Of a stretch of DNA of 64,000 nucleotides, positions 1 to 9,386 are shown in pieces. How positions within the stretch are numbered: position 1 is the stretch's first letter; the number at the start of each line of letters is the position of its first letter. Under the pieces are notes generated by a model, which saw nothing but the letters and a program-made list of their open reading frames with translations, was not told where the DNA came from and did no database searches. A program made the position numbers and the translations under genes. This DNA comes from Clostridiaceae bacterium (GTDB lineage Bacteria > Bacillota > Clostridia > Saccharofermentanales > Saccharofermentanaceae). The DNA is taken from the NCBI GenBank assembly GCA_012523365.1, contig JAAYIQ010000146.1, forward strand, positions 466 through 64,465. Reading direction: 5' to 3'.

Positions 1-1725
1 GATTGGGCGGAAGATCAGACTCCGTTGCTGAAGAATGATAATACGGGGATATGGACCGGTATTGAGAACGGTGCGAAACAGTGGGATCGATATAAATACC
101 GAATTGTCGGTGCCGACGGCCGCACATACCTGAAAGGCGATCCGTTTGCCCGGCATTTTGAAACGCGACCGGCAGACGCGTCGATTCTTTATGATCCGGA
201 CGAGTATCAGTGGGAAGACGAGCAGTTTTGTTCCGCGCGAGTCGATGCATTGGCCGCCCGGCCGATCACTATTTACGAGATGCATCTGGGGTCCTGGCGA
301 CGACATGCCGACGGCAATTTTATGAGTTACCGTGAAATCGCTCGGGACCTCGCGGATTATTGCGTCGAGATGGGCTATACTCATGTTGAACTGATGCCGG
401 TGATGGAACACCCCCTGGATGATTCCTGGGGATATCAGATCACCGGGTATTACGCGGTGACCAGTCGTTTCGGAACACCGGCGGACTTCAAATTTTTTAT
501 TGATCATCTTCACCGGAGCGGTATCTCGGTGATCCTTGACTGGGTTCCCGCCCATTTTCCCAAGAATCTGGAAGGTCTGGTTCGCTTTGACGGTTCGCCT
601 TGCTTCGAATATGAGGATCCGAGGATCGGGGAACATCGGGAGTGGGGAACTTATGTTTTTGACTATGATAAGTCCGAGGTGCGTTCTTTTCTGATTTCCA
701 ACGCCGTGTTTTGGATCCGTGAATTCCATGTGGACGGCATTCGTGTGGATGCGGTCTCCAGTATGATTTACAGGAATTACGGCCGAACGGAATATATTCC
801 GAATGTGAACGGCGGAGTCGATAATTTCGAGGCGGTTGACTTCATTCGTCAACTGAACTCTGTCGTTCGCGAGAATTATCCTCATGTAATGATGATCGCC
901 GAGGAGTCGACCTCATGGGCGAAGGTGACGCATCCGGTAAATGACGGTGGGTTGGGGTTTACGCATAAATGGAATATGGGTTGGATGCACGATACTCTGG
1001 ATTATTTTGAGACCGATTCCTATGCGCGAATCTGGCATCATGACCAGTTTTGCTTTTCGATGGTCTATGCTTTTTCCGAGAATTTCATTCTCTGCCTTTC
1101 GCATGATGAAGTTGTTCATGGCAAGAAAAGTCTTTTAGACAAGATGCCCGGGGATATCTGGCGTAAATTTGCTTCGTTACGAACGCTCTACATGTATATG
1201 ATCGCGCATCCGGGCGCGAAACTCCTTTTTATGGGATCGGAATTTGCGCCCTTCATCGAATGGAGATTCTATGAGGAGTTGGAGTGGTTCATGCTCAATT
1301 ATGACGCACATCGCTCTCTTCGTGAATTCTCGGCCGACCTGAACCGATTCTATCTGACGGAACGCACCTTGTGGATCAAAGATCGTTCGTGGGAAGGCTT
1401 CGAATGGGTGGATTGTGAAGATCGGGACAACAGCGTATTTATCTTCCGACGGAAGGGTGAAGAGGCTGATCGGGATGTATATGTGGCGCTCAATATGATT
1501 CCGGTTCCTCTTGTACGATATCGCATTCCTGTTGCCGACTCGGGTCGTTATCGGATCGTCCTCAATTCCGACGATGTGTGCTACGGCGGAAGCGGTTACC
1601 CGTCGAACGATGACGGAGATAGAGATTTTGCGGCCATCGAAGGTGACTGGAAGGGTAAAAAATATTATGTCGAGGTGAATTTACCTCCTCTGGCAGGAGT
1701 TTACATTCAAAAAATCCGGGAGTAA
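1..1725 (+). CDS. glgB: 1,4-alpha-glucan branching enzyme (GH13), 5-prime end cut by window edge
   Basis: Frame 1 is open from nt 1 (DWAEDQTPLL...), so the TTG at 25 is not the true start. GH13 blocks seen: HVDGIRVDAV, MIAEEST, LSHDEVVHGK. It is the first gene of a glgB-C-D-A cluster. Confidence 0.93.
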   Translation, partial: DWAEDQTPLLKNDNTGIWTGIENGAKQWDRYKYRIVGADGRTYLKGDPFARHFETRPADASILYDPDEYQWEDEQFCSARVDALAARPITIYEMHLGSWRRHADGNFMSYREIARDLADYCVEMGYTHVELMPVMEHPLDDSWGYQITGYYAVTSRFGTPADFKFFIDHLHRSGISVILDWVPAHFPKNLEGLVRFDGSPCFEYEDPRIGEHREWGTYVFDYDKSEVRSFLISNAVFWIREFHVDGIRVDAVSSMIYRNYGRTEYIPNVNGGVDNFEAVDFIRQLNSVVRENYPHVMMIAEESTSWAKVTHPVNDGGLGFTHKWNMGWMHDTLDYFETDSYARIWHHDQFCFSMVYAFSENFILCLSHDEVVHGKKSLLDKMPGDIWRKFASLRTLYMYMIAHPGAKLLFMGSEFAPFIEWRFYEELEWFMLNYDAHRSLREFSADLNRFYLTERTLWIKDRSWEGFEWVDCEDRDNSVFIFRRKGEEADRDVYVALNMIPVPLVRYRIPVADSGRYRIVLNSDDVCYGGSGYPSNDDGDRDFAAIEGDWKGKKYYVEVNLPPLAGVYIQKIRE

Positions 1726-1776
1726 GAGCGCGGAGCTCGGTTCTGCCCGATTAGAAAATAACGCGGAGGTATCAAA

Positions 1777-3036
1777 ATGGCAAAAGCTGAGATTGTTGCG
1801 ATGATTCTTGCCGGAGGACAAGGCTCAAGATTGGGTGTCCTTACCAAGAACTTGGCGAAACCGGCTGTTCCCTTCGGGAGCAGATACCGGATCATTGATT
1901 TTCCGTTATCGAATTGCTCGAATTCCGGTATTGAGACGGTCGGGGTGCTTTCTCAGTACCAGCCGCTTGCGTTGAACACCTACGTCGGCAACGGACACCC
2001 ATGGGATCTGGACCGTAATAACGGGGGTGCCTTCATTCTTCCGCCGTATCTTCGATCCGGGAAAAGCGACTGGTACAAGGGTACCGCCAACGCGATATTT
2101 CAAAATCGAGAATTTCTCGACGATTGCGGTGCAAAGTACGTGATCGTCCTGTCGGGAGACCATATATACAAGATGAATTATGCGAAAATGATCAAGGATC
2201 ACATGGACCGGGAAGCCGACGCTACACTCGCGGTGATCGAGGTTCCTTGGGAGGAGACCTCGCGCTTCGGCATTTTGAACACCGGACCGAAGGATGAAAT
2301 CGCTTCGTTTGTCGAGAAACCCAAGAAGGCCAAGAGCAACCTTGCTTCGATGGGAGTGTATGTCTTTTCCTGGGCGGCGCTTCGCTCGGTTCTGATCGAG
2401 GATGAAGATGATCCGAACTCCAGTAATGATTTCGGCAAGGATATCGTTCCGCGGATGCTATCCCAAAATATGAAACTTTTCGCGTATCGCTTCTCGGGAT
2501 ACTGGAAAGACGTCGGCACGATTTCCAGTCTTTGGGAATGTAACATGGATATTTTGGACCGCCCGGAAGAATTGAATTTGATCGACAGGCATTGGAGGAT
2601 ATACAGCAGGAACCCGGTGAAACCATCGAACTACATCTCGGGTGACGCGACGGTATCGATGTCCGCGATGACCGACGGATGTCAGATTTACGGCACCGTT
2701 ATCCACAGCGTTCTTTCCGATTCGGTTACCGTTGAGAAAGGTGCGGTCGTAAAGGACTCCGTGCTTTTGCCCGGCGTTACCGTTAAATCCGGCGCTTTTC
2801 TGGATAAATGTATCGTTGGATTTGGCACCATTATCGGGAACGGAGTTCGGGCAGGAGCTTCCGTCGAAGGGCAGAGCCCTTACTTAAATACCCGAATTTG
2901 CTCGGAAGGCATTGTGGTGATCGAGAAGGGCTTAAAGATAAAAGATCATTCGGTCATTCCCGCCAACAGTCAGGTGGATTGCGAAATCGAGACGGACAGC
3001 GCGTCTGACGTAATCGAGGAAACATTCCGGGTGTAA
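1777..3036 (+). CDS. glgC: glucose-1-phosphate adenylyltransferase
   Basis: N-terminal [32 protein letters not shown] nucleotidyltransferase motif. GGAGG RBS upstream. C-terminal left-handed beta-helix-like repeats. Confidence 0.93.
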   Translation: MAKAEIVAMILAGGQGSRLGVLTKNLAKPAVPFGSRYRIIDFPLSNCSNSGIETVGVLSQYQPLALNTYVGNGHPWDLDRNNGGAFILPPYLRSGKSDWYKGTANAIFQNREFLDDCGAKYVIVLSGDHIYKMNYAKMIKDHMDREADATLAVIEVPWEETSRFGILNTGPKDEIASFVEKPKKAKSNLASMGVYVFSWAALRSVLIEDEDDPNSSNDFGKDIVPRMLSQNMKLFAYRFSGYWKDVGTISSLWECNMDILDRPEELNLIDRHWRIYSRNPVKPSNYISGDATVSMSAMTDGCQIYGTVIHSVLSDSVTVEKGAVVKDSVLLPGVTVKSGAFLDKCIVGFGTIIGNGVRAGASVEGQSPYLNTRICSEGIVVIEKGLKIKDHSVIPANSQVDCEIETDSASDVIEETFRV

Positions 3037-3059
3037 GGCAGAAGAAGGAGGAAAGACCT

Positions 3060-4169
3060 ATGTTTTTGGATGCGATGGGATTGATTTTGGCCGACAACAA
3101 CAAAATATTTCTCGGAGAACTTTCGAAGCCCCGGGCGCTTGCGGCGATTCCGTTCGGCGGCAGGTACCGGATCATCGACTATATGCTGTCATGCATGGTG
3201 AATTCCGGCATCAAGAGCGTCGGCATTCTGACACTGAACAAATACAAATCACTGATGGATCATTTGGGAACGGGTGCATCCTGGGATCTCGACCGCAAAA
3301 ATTTCGGCCTCCACATTCTTCCGCCCTATGTCAATTCGGAATCAACTTCGACAGAAGACGGGGAGGAGATGGCAGGTCTTCTCGACTTCATTCGCTCGAA
3401 TCGTACCGAATTTGTTGTCATGGCGAACAGTAATATCGTCATTAACACAACATTCAATGATTTTGTCAATGTACATATTCAGAGCGGCGCGGATATGTCG
3501 GTTATGTATAACCGTGACGGAACCAAGTACGGAAACCCGAATTTCATTTTTGAGACCGACAAGAAAAGAATCATTACCGACGTGCTTTTCAATCCTGAGA
3601 AATCCTCGTCGAACCGCTGTTGCATCGGTGTCATTACATTGAGACGGACGCTTCTGATTGATTTGATTTCCGAGATGATGTCCCACGGCGACCGTAACTT
3701 CGGGATCGCCTCACTTCTGAAAAAATACGATACCCTCAAAATCAGAGCGTATGAATATAAAGGATTGGTTCTTCGAATCAACAATATTCAAACCTATTTC
3801 AACGCTTCGATGCAACTTCTGGACGACAGGGTCAGAGAGGATCTGTTCTGGAAGGGGTCGCCGGTTTATACGAAGGTTAAGGATGAAGCACCGACACTTT
3901 ATTATGAGGCATGTGATGTCAAGAACGCGCTGGTCTCCGACGGATGCCGCATCATGGGGAAGGTTTCCAATTCGATCCTCTTTCGAGGCGTTACCGTTTC
4001 CAAGAACAGCGCAGTCCGTAACTCCGTCATTATGCAGGACGTTCACATCTCGGACAACTGTGTTCTCGATAATGTTATCCTCGATAAAAACGCCGTTATT
4101 CGCCCGGGAACTCAGTTGGTCGGACATAAAGACTATCCTGTCGTTATCGATAAGGGGGCGATCGTATGA
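3060..4169 (+). CDS. glgD: glucose-1-phosphate adenylyltransferase regulatory subunit GlgD
   Basis: GlgC paralogue with a degenerate glycine loop (ILADNNKIF instead of GGxGxRL) that keeps ALAAIPFGGRYRIIDY. The position after glgC is typical of Firmicutes. GAAGGAGG RBS. Confidence 0.85.
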   Translation: MFLDAMGLILADNNKIFLGELSKPRALAAIPFGGRYRIIDYMLSCMVNSGIKSVGILTLNKYKSLMDHLGTGASWDLDRKNFGLHILPPYVNSESTSTEDGEEMAGLLDFIRSNRTEFVVMANSNIVINTTFNDFVNVHIQSGADMSVMYNRDGTKYGNPNFIFETDKKRIITDVLFNPEKSSSNRCCIGVITLRRTLLIDLISEMMSHGDRNFGIASLLKKYDTLKIRAYEYKGLVLRINNIQTYFNASMQLLDDRVREDLFWKGSPVYTKVKDEAPTLYYEACDVKNALVSDGCRIMGKVSNSILFRGVTVSKNSAVRNSVIMQDVHISDNCVLDNVILDKNAVIRPGTQLVGHKDYPVVIDKGAIV

Positions 4170-5830
4170 GAAAAATCAAGCTCCTATTTGTTTCATCGGA
4201 AGCGGTTCCTTTCGCGAAAACCGGCGGGCTCGCCGATGTCATTGGTTCGCTTCCCCCGGCTCTCGTCGGAATGAATTGCGAGCCGAAGGTAATCATGCCT
4301 CTGTATCGTCCGATTAAGACCAAGTATTCTGCAAAATTGACCTTTCTCGGATGGAAGATGGTGAAGATGGGTTGGAGATCCCTATATGCGGGACTTTACT
4401 CCTGTGACTCGGACGGCATACAGTACTATTTCATCGACAACGAGTATTACTTCAATTTCGACACTCCCTACGTGGAATATGTGTTCGATATCGAACGATT
4501 CTGTTTTTTCCAAAGAGCCGTTCTGGAGTTTCTGGGGGACTTCATGTCCTATGAGCCGGATGTGCTTCATCTGAACGACTGGCAATGCGGGATGATCCCG
4601 GTTTTGATCGACGCCCATTATCGTCCGAAGGGGAAGCTTCTCGGGGTCAAGACCGTCTATACTGTGCATAATTTGAAATATCAGGGGATCCACGGCATCG
4701 AGCAAATCAAGGATATGCTCGACCTTCCGGACCATTTCCTGACCGAGGAGCTATCGCTTAAGGACGGAGCCGTCAATTTCATGAAATCGGGTATCGTATA
4801 CGCGAACTCGGTGACGACGGTTTCACCGACGTATGCCTATGAGATCATGACCGATTATTACGGCGAAGGTTTGAATCATACGCTTCAAAAATTCGCGTAC
4901 AAAGTATCCGGAATCATTAATGGCATCAATGAAGCTGAATTCGATCCGGAAACGGACCCGCTGCTGCCTCAAAACTATTCGTTTTCAAATTTCGGGGAGG
5001 GGAAAGCCGTCTCCAAGGCAGCGATCCAGAAACAATTGAAGCTCGAAGAGAACCCGAGGGTTCCGCTTTGCGTGATGATTACCCGACTCGTCGACCAGAA
5101 GGGGTTGGATCTGTTTCTTCGCGTTGCGGGCGAAATGCTTTACGACGGAATGCAAATCGTAGTTCTCGGCTCGGGAAACAGCTTTTATGAGCGTGCGATC
5201 ACGGATCTCGCGAAGCAAAACGGCGGAAAAATGGCCGCGTGCATCTTTTATGATAATACTCTGGCTCACCTTCTCTACGCAGGCGCAGATATCTTCCTGA
5301 TGCCGTCGCTTTTCGAGCCGTGCGGTTTGTCTCAAATGATATCGATGCGTTACGGGACTGTTCCGATTGTTCGCGAGACCGGAGGCCTGAAAGATACCGT
5401 AAGGCCGTATAACGAGTATACGGGAGAGGGAAACGGATTCTCGTTTGCCAACATCAACGCACACGAATTCCTTTTCGTTACCAAATACGCATGTGACCTT
5501 TATCGTCACCACAAGAATGTATGGAACGGATTGGTCAAGGAGGGCATGAACGGAGATTATTCCTGGAGTCGCTCCGCCGCCGAATACGTCGGGCTTTATT
5601 CGCTTATAACCGGTATTGACTTAAGCGAAAAAGAACAAGCGCTGAATACGATCCCCGTGTCGCATTCCGTTGAGACGCCTGTTTCCGCAAAGAAAACCTC
5701 GTCAGCCAAGACACCCGAATCCGAAAAGGCACCCGCATCCGAAAAGGCACCCGCTTCACCCAAGCCGACGGCAAAAAAGAAAGCGAAGCAAAAGCCGGAC
5801 ACTAAGAAAGGCGGCGAAAGCGGAGCATGA
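4166..5830 (+). CDS. glgA: glycogen synthase (GT5) with about 70-aa low-complexity K/P/A/S-rich C-terminal tail
   Basis: KTGGLADV motif at the N-terminus and PSLFEPCGLSQM block. ATGA overlap with glgD. At 554 aa it is longer than I recall for GlgA. Confidence 0.93.
   Translation: MRKIKLLFVSSEAVPFAKTGGLADVIGSLPPALVGMNCEPKVIMPLYRPIKTKYSAKLTFLGWKMVKMGWRSLYAGLYSCDSDGIQYYFIDNEYYFNFDTPYVEYVFDIERFCFFQRAVLEFLGDFMSYEPDVLHLNDWQCGMIPVLIDAHYRPKGKLLGVKTVYTVHNLKYQGIHGIEQIKDMLDLPDHFLTEELSLKDGAVNFMKSGIVYANSVTTVSPTYAYEIMTDYYGEGLNHTLQKFAYKVSGIINGINEAEFDPETDPLLPQNYSFSNFGEGKAVSKAAIQKQLKLEENPRVPLCVMITRLVDQKGLDLFLRVAGEMLYDGMQIVVLGSGNSFYERAITDLAKQNGGKMAACIFYDNTLAHLLYAGADIFLMPSLFEPCGLSQMISMRYGTVPIVRETGGLKDTVRPYNEYTGEGNGFSFANINAHEFLFVTKYACDLYRHHKNVWNGLVKEGMNGDYSWSRSAAEYVGLYSLITGIDLSEKEQALNTIPVSHSVETPVSAKKTSSAKTPESEKAPASEKAPASPKPTAKKKAKQKPDTKKGGESGA
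5720..5755 (+). repeat. 18-nt tandem duplication (tccgaaaaggcacccgcW x2) encoding SEKAPA-SEKAPA in the GlgA tail
   Basis: Direct reading of the sequence: 5720-5737 and 5738-5755 differ only at the last base. Confidence 0.9.
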
Positions 5831-7935
5831 CACATACCGGAGATCACGGCATACCCGATATACTGCACCGCAGTCGAAGTCTAACCTATCGGAATCCCTT
5901 CGGTGCGGTTCCCAGCGGCACTTGTGTAACCCTGGCGATCGACGCTCCGGACAATGGTCCTACCCCGATTCTCTGTTACGCATACGGACTTTATACGCTC
6001 ACGTACCACGAGATGTCGATGGGGAAAAGCGATGCGTCGTTAAACCGGTATGAAGTCACATTGAGAATGTCGGCGGATGCGGGACTGTTTTTTTACTGGT
6101 TCAAGTTTTTTCGCGGCGATAACGGTGTGAATTTTTACTATGTTCGCTCATCCGGAGACATGACCGGAGCGGGCAGACTCAGCGACGTGCCCGCTCGCGT
6201 CGGTCCCCATGAGATTCATTCTCCGCATGCGTTTCAAATCACGGTTTTCGATGAGACGATGAGAACCCCGGATTGGATGAAGGGAGCATTGATTTACCAG
6301 ATATTTCCCGATCGCTTCAGTCGGGAGTCATCCTTTTCGATCGAGGCCGTTCAGGCGGAGGACGATAAGCCGGAGCGGATCTTCCACGAATCATGGGATG
6401 AAGATGTGGATATTGACGGGAAACCGGATACCGGGTACGTTGCTTGCGATTTTTTCGGCGGAAGTCTTCGGGGAATTGCGGAAAAAGCGGATTATCTCCA
6501 ACAAATGAATGTTGAGCTCATATACCTGAACCCGATATTCAAGGCGCGCTCGAACCATCGATATGACACGGGTGATTATTTGGAAGTCGATCCGCTTCTG
6601 GGCGGACAGGCAGGATACGATGCGTTTGCGCGTGAAATGAAGGCCGGGAACATTCGGTTTATCCTTGACGGAGTTTTTAACCACACGGGCGCTGACAGCC
6701 GATACTTCAACAAATACGGACGTTATCCCGAAACCGGAGCATACCAAGCTTTGGTGGAGGGCGGGATCAGCCGGTACTCCTCCTGGTACTCTTTTTCGAA
6801 AGGCAAAAGCGGGGAGATCCTTTATGATTCCTGGTGGGGGTTTCCGGAACTTCCGAACGTTGACGAGAACGACCTGACTTTTCGCGACTTCATCCTGGGT
6901 CCTCATGGTGTCGTGGCGCATTGGCTTCGTCAAGGTGCTTCCGGCTTTCGGTTGGATGTTTCCGATGAACTTCCGGACTCGTTTATTCGCGAGATGAAAA
7001 AGAGGGTATCCGCGGAGACGAACGGAGAAGGGGTTGTGCTCGGCGAGGTCTGGGAAGATGCGAGCAATAAGATCAGTTACGGGACATACCGGGACTTTAT
7101 TCTCGGGAGGACGCACGATTCCGCAATGGGATATCCGTTCAAGGATGCCGTCATCGGCTTCCTGACGGGTGCCTTGTCCGCTCGCGAAGCGAACCACAGG
7201 CTGGAAACACAGAGAGAGAATTATCCGGCTCCGATTCATTCTTGTGTGATGAATCTTCTTTCGAGCCACGATATCCCGCGTGCCGTGAACCTTTTGGCCG
7301 GAGTGAAGGACCCGGGCGACCGACGCCTTCAGAAGTCGACCCGATTGACCGATGACCAGCTTGAACTGGGATTTCGGCTTCACCGGCTCGGCTTTGTTTT
7401 TCAAATCGGGTATATCGGTTGTCCGACGGTTTATTACGGGGATGAAGTCGGGATGGAAGGATTTCGGGATCCGCTCAACCGACGGACATATCCCTGGGGA
7501 AGGCTTTCGCAAAGACAGGAAGAGCAGTTGGCGTTTTTCCGACGGCTCGGTCGGATGCGCAAGCTTTTCCCGGTTTTGCGAACGGGGTATTATCGGACGC
7601 TTGAGGCTGAGGAAGACCTGTTTGTCTTTGAGCGGACATTGGACGATGATGGAAAGGATCTTTTCGGATCGGAACGGGACGGACCGCGTCGTATCGTGTT
7701 TGCTTTGAACCGGAGCCGGGAGAGATCATTATCTGTTTCGCTTTCGGAGGAGGTGTCCGTATCGGAATTTGATTGGAGATCTGATGCCGCGATGATCTCT
7801 GATGCTCCGATCGTTTCTGATGCTCCGATCATTTCTGATGATCCGATCATTTCTGACGCCGCGTTTATTTTCGAAAAGCGGACGGTGATCAACGTCGGGC
7901 CGCTTGATTTTCGTATATTTATCTGTGCGGGATGA
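5827..7935 (+). CDS. GH13 alpha-glucosidase of neopullulanase/cyclomaltodextrinase type, cytoplasmic
   Basis: GH13 conserved regions seen: YQIFPDRF, DGVFNHTG, GFRLDVSDELP, GEVWED, LLSSHDIPR. No signal peptide. ATGA overlap with glgA. It occupies the slot where glgP or a debrancher usually sits. Confidence 0.85.
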   Translation: MTHTGDHGIPDILHRSRSLTYRNPFGAVPSGTCVTLAIDAPDNGPTPILCYAYGLYTLTYHEMSMGKSDASLNRYEVTLRMSADAGLFFYWFKFFRGDNGVNFYYVRSSGDMTGAGRLSDVPARVGPHEIHSPHAFQITVFDETMRTPDWMKGALIYQIFPDRFSRESSFSIEAVQAEDDKPERIFHESWDEDVDIDGKPDTGYVACDFFGGSLRGIAEKADYLQQMNVELIYLNPIFKARSNHRYDTGDYLEVDPLLGGQAGYDAFAREMKAGNIRFILDGVFNHTGADSRYFNKYGRYPETGAYQALVEGGISRYSSWYSFSKGKSGEILYDSWWGFPELPNVDENDLTFRDFILGPHGVVAHWLRQGASGFRLDVSDELPDSFIREMKKRVSAETNGEGVVLGEVWEDASNKISYGTYRDFILGRTHDSAMGYPFKDAVIGFLTGALSAREANHRLETQRENYPAPIHSCVMNLLSSHDIPRAVNLLAGVKDPGDRRLQKSTRLTDDQLELGFRLHRLGFVFQIGYIGCPTVYYGDEVGMEGFRDPLNRRTYPWGRLSQRQEEQLAFFRRLGRMRKLFPVLRTGYYRTLEAEEDLFVFERTLDDDGKDLFGSERDGPRRIVFALNRSRERSLSVSLSEEVSVSEFDWRSDAAMISDAPIVSDAPIISDDPIISDAAFIFEKRTVINVGPLDFRIFICAG
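7780..7869 (+). repeat. five tandem 18-nt units encoding hexapeptides SDAAMI-SDAPIV-SDAPII-SDDPII-SDAAFI near the GH13 C-terminus
   Basis: Direct reading: tctgatgcYccgatcRtt-like units repeated head to tail and in frame. Confidence 0.9.
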
Positions 7936-7992
7936 GTAGATATAGTCAAAAGGGTTCCTGATCAGCCGAAGACAAGGTAAGGGGGAGTGAAG

Positions 7993-9111
7993 ATGACCGA
8001 GAACCAAACAGGATCAATCGATGTAACTCAATTGAAGCAAGAGCAAACCGAGGCGGTGACCAACAAGAAATGTCCGAGTTGCGGCGCCACCATCGAATAT
8101 GACCCGGCGACCCGAGGGATGCTGTGCAGTTATTGCGGATATCGCAAGGAACTGCCGTCGCCGGAAAACGATGCGGGCGTCTCGGAAATCGACTTTGATC
8201 AGGCCGAGTCGACCCAAAGCTTTAACTGGGGAGCAGAAAAAAAGGTAGTCATCTGTCATAATTGCGGCGGCGAAGAGATATATGACGCTCTCGAGACTGC
8301 CGCCGTCTGCTCCTTTTGCGGTTCAACGCAGGTTATGCCGGCCGCGGGAGCCCAATCGATCGCCCCCGGCGGGGTTTGTCCGTTTATTGTTCCGGTCGAT
8401 CATGCCGGCGGATTGTTTACCAAATGGCTGAAATGCAGAATTTTCACTCCGACGGAGGCCAAACGACAGGCGCGTCCGAACGCTTTTAGGGGCGTATATC
8501 TTCCGTACTGGACATTTGACACGATGACCACTTCGACATTCAGCGGTCGCGCGGGCAATGACCGTATGGTCAAGCGCGGTGACCATACGGTTACGGAAAC
8601 CGACTGGAGAAACGTATCGGGCGTGTATCAGGAGTTTATTAACGATTACACGGTCGTGGGAACCAACAAGGAGGGAAACGCGCTCGTGCGGAGAGCGGAA
8701 CCCTTTGATTTTTCTCAGCTGGTTCCATATCGCCCGGAACTTCTGGCCGGATTCGGTGCCGAGCGATATTCGATCGGGCTGAAGGATGCGTGGGCGCAAG
8801 CGCAGGAAGCGATCCGAAGCATACTTCGGGGGAATATTGCCAAGTACATCCGACGGGTCTGGCATGCCGATCGAGCCGAAGGGATCCGGTTTTCGACTCA
8901 GTATGATAAAGTCACTTATAAATACATCCTTCTTCCGGTATGGCTGTCATCGTTTACATATAAAGGTAAGCTCTTTCAGTTTGTCGTCAACGGACAAACG
9001 GGAAAGGTCGGAGGAAAGGCTCCGATTTCGGCGCTTCGTGTCATTATCGCCATCATTGTCGCGCTGATCGTGATCGGTGTGCTCGGCTATTTCACCGGGA
9101 TGTTCGGCTGA
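7993..9111 (+). CDS. double zinc-ribbon protein with C-terminal transmembrane anchor, function unknown
   Basis: Two CxxC...CxxC ribbons (CPSCG...CSYCG and CHNCG...CSFCG), a roughly 230-aa soluble domain, then a terminal hydrophobic helix (VIIAIIVALIVIGVLGYF). GGGGGAG RBS 5 nt before the ATG at 7993. The ORF track starts at the GTG at 7987. Confidence 0.7.
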   Translation: MTENQTGSIDVTQLKQEQTEAVTNKKCPSCGATIEYDPATRGMLCSYCGYRKELPSPENDAGVSEIDFDQAESTQSFNWGAEKKVVICHNCGGEEIYDALETAAVCSFCGSTQVMPAAGAQSIAPGGVCPFIVPVDHAGGLFTKWLKCRIFTPTEAKRQARPNAFRGVYLPYWTFDTMTTSTFSGRAGNDRMVKRGDHTVTETDWRNVSGVYQEFINDYTVVGTNKEGNALVRRAEPFDFSQLVPYRPELLAGFGAERYSIGLKDAWAQAQEAIRSILRGNIAKYIRRVWHADRAEGIRFSTQYDKVTYKYILLPVWLSSFTYKGKLFQFVVNGQTGKVGGKAPISALRVIIAIIVALIVIGVLGYFTGMFG

Positions 9112-9179
9112 ATTCAGCCCGGCGAATCGGGACGGTTTCGGAAGACGTGCGGAAAGGCGGTTCCATTTCCGGACTTTTA

Positions 9180-9208
9180 TTGACACGGCAGTATGGACTG
9201 GTTATAAT
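9180..9208 (+). promoter_or_regulatory. consensus sigma-A-type promoter for tRNA-Leu (TTGACA-17 nt-TATAAT)
   Basis: TTGACA at 9180-9185, exactly 17 nt spacer, TATAAT at 9203-9208. It lies 42 nt upstream of the tRNA. Confidence 0.75.
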
Positions 9209-9216
9209 CATTCTTG

Positions 9217-9243
9217 CTGTCGAAAAGCACTGCTTTTCGACAG
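9217..9243 (+). promoter_or_regulatory. perfect 12-bp inverted repeat (ctgtcgaaaagc-act-gcttttcgacag) in the tRNA-Leu leader
   Basis: Read directly. It lies between the -10 box and the tRNA 5-prime end. It could be a leader hairpin or an operator. Confidence 0.6.
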
Positions 9244-9249
9244 GGATAA

Positions 9250-9332
9250 GCGGTCGTGGCGGAACTGGCAGACGCGCACGTTTGAGGGGCGTGTGGGAGA
9301 CCATACGGGTTCAAGTCCCGTCGACCGCACCA
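9250..9332 (+). tRNA. tRNA-Leu, anticodon GAG, class II long variable arm, encoded CCA
   Basis: Manual cloverleaf. Acceptor gcggtcg/cgaccgc. 3-bp D stem. Anticodon stem cacgt/gcgtg with loop ttGAGgg. Variable arm tgggagaccat. T arm acggg-ttcaagt-cccgt. Discriminator A plus CCA. Confidence 0.9.
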
Positions 9333-9334
9333 TA

Positions 9335-9386
9335 TCGAGTGATACCCGGGTTGCCTTGCGGCACGAAGGAATCACTCGATTTTTTA
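9335..9386 (+). terminator. rho-independent terminator after tRNA-Leu
   Basis: Stem tcgagtgat (9335-9343) pairs with atcactcga (9371-9379), with an inner tgcc/ggca helix. A T6 run follows. Confidence 0.7.

Noticed and set aside
6391-7512. Other long antisense ORFs: 6391-7512, 12503-13489, 37033-37641, 38703-39536 and 46682-47326.
   Set aside because: I checked by coordinate arithmetic that each is in the codon-aligned reverse frame of a well-supported sense gene (GH13, abfA, sepF, DUF1624/DUF3810, amidase). This is the same codon-bias artefact. No recognisable domains.
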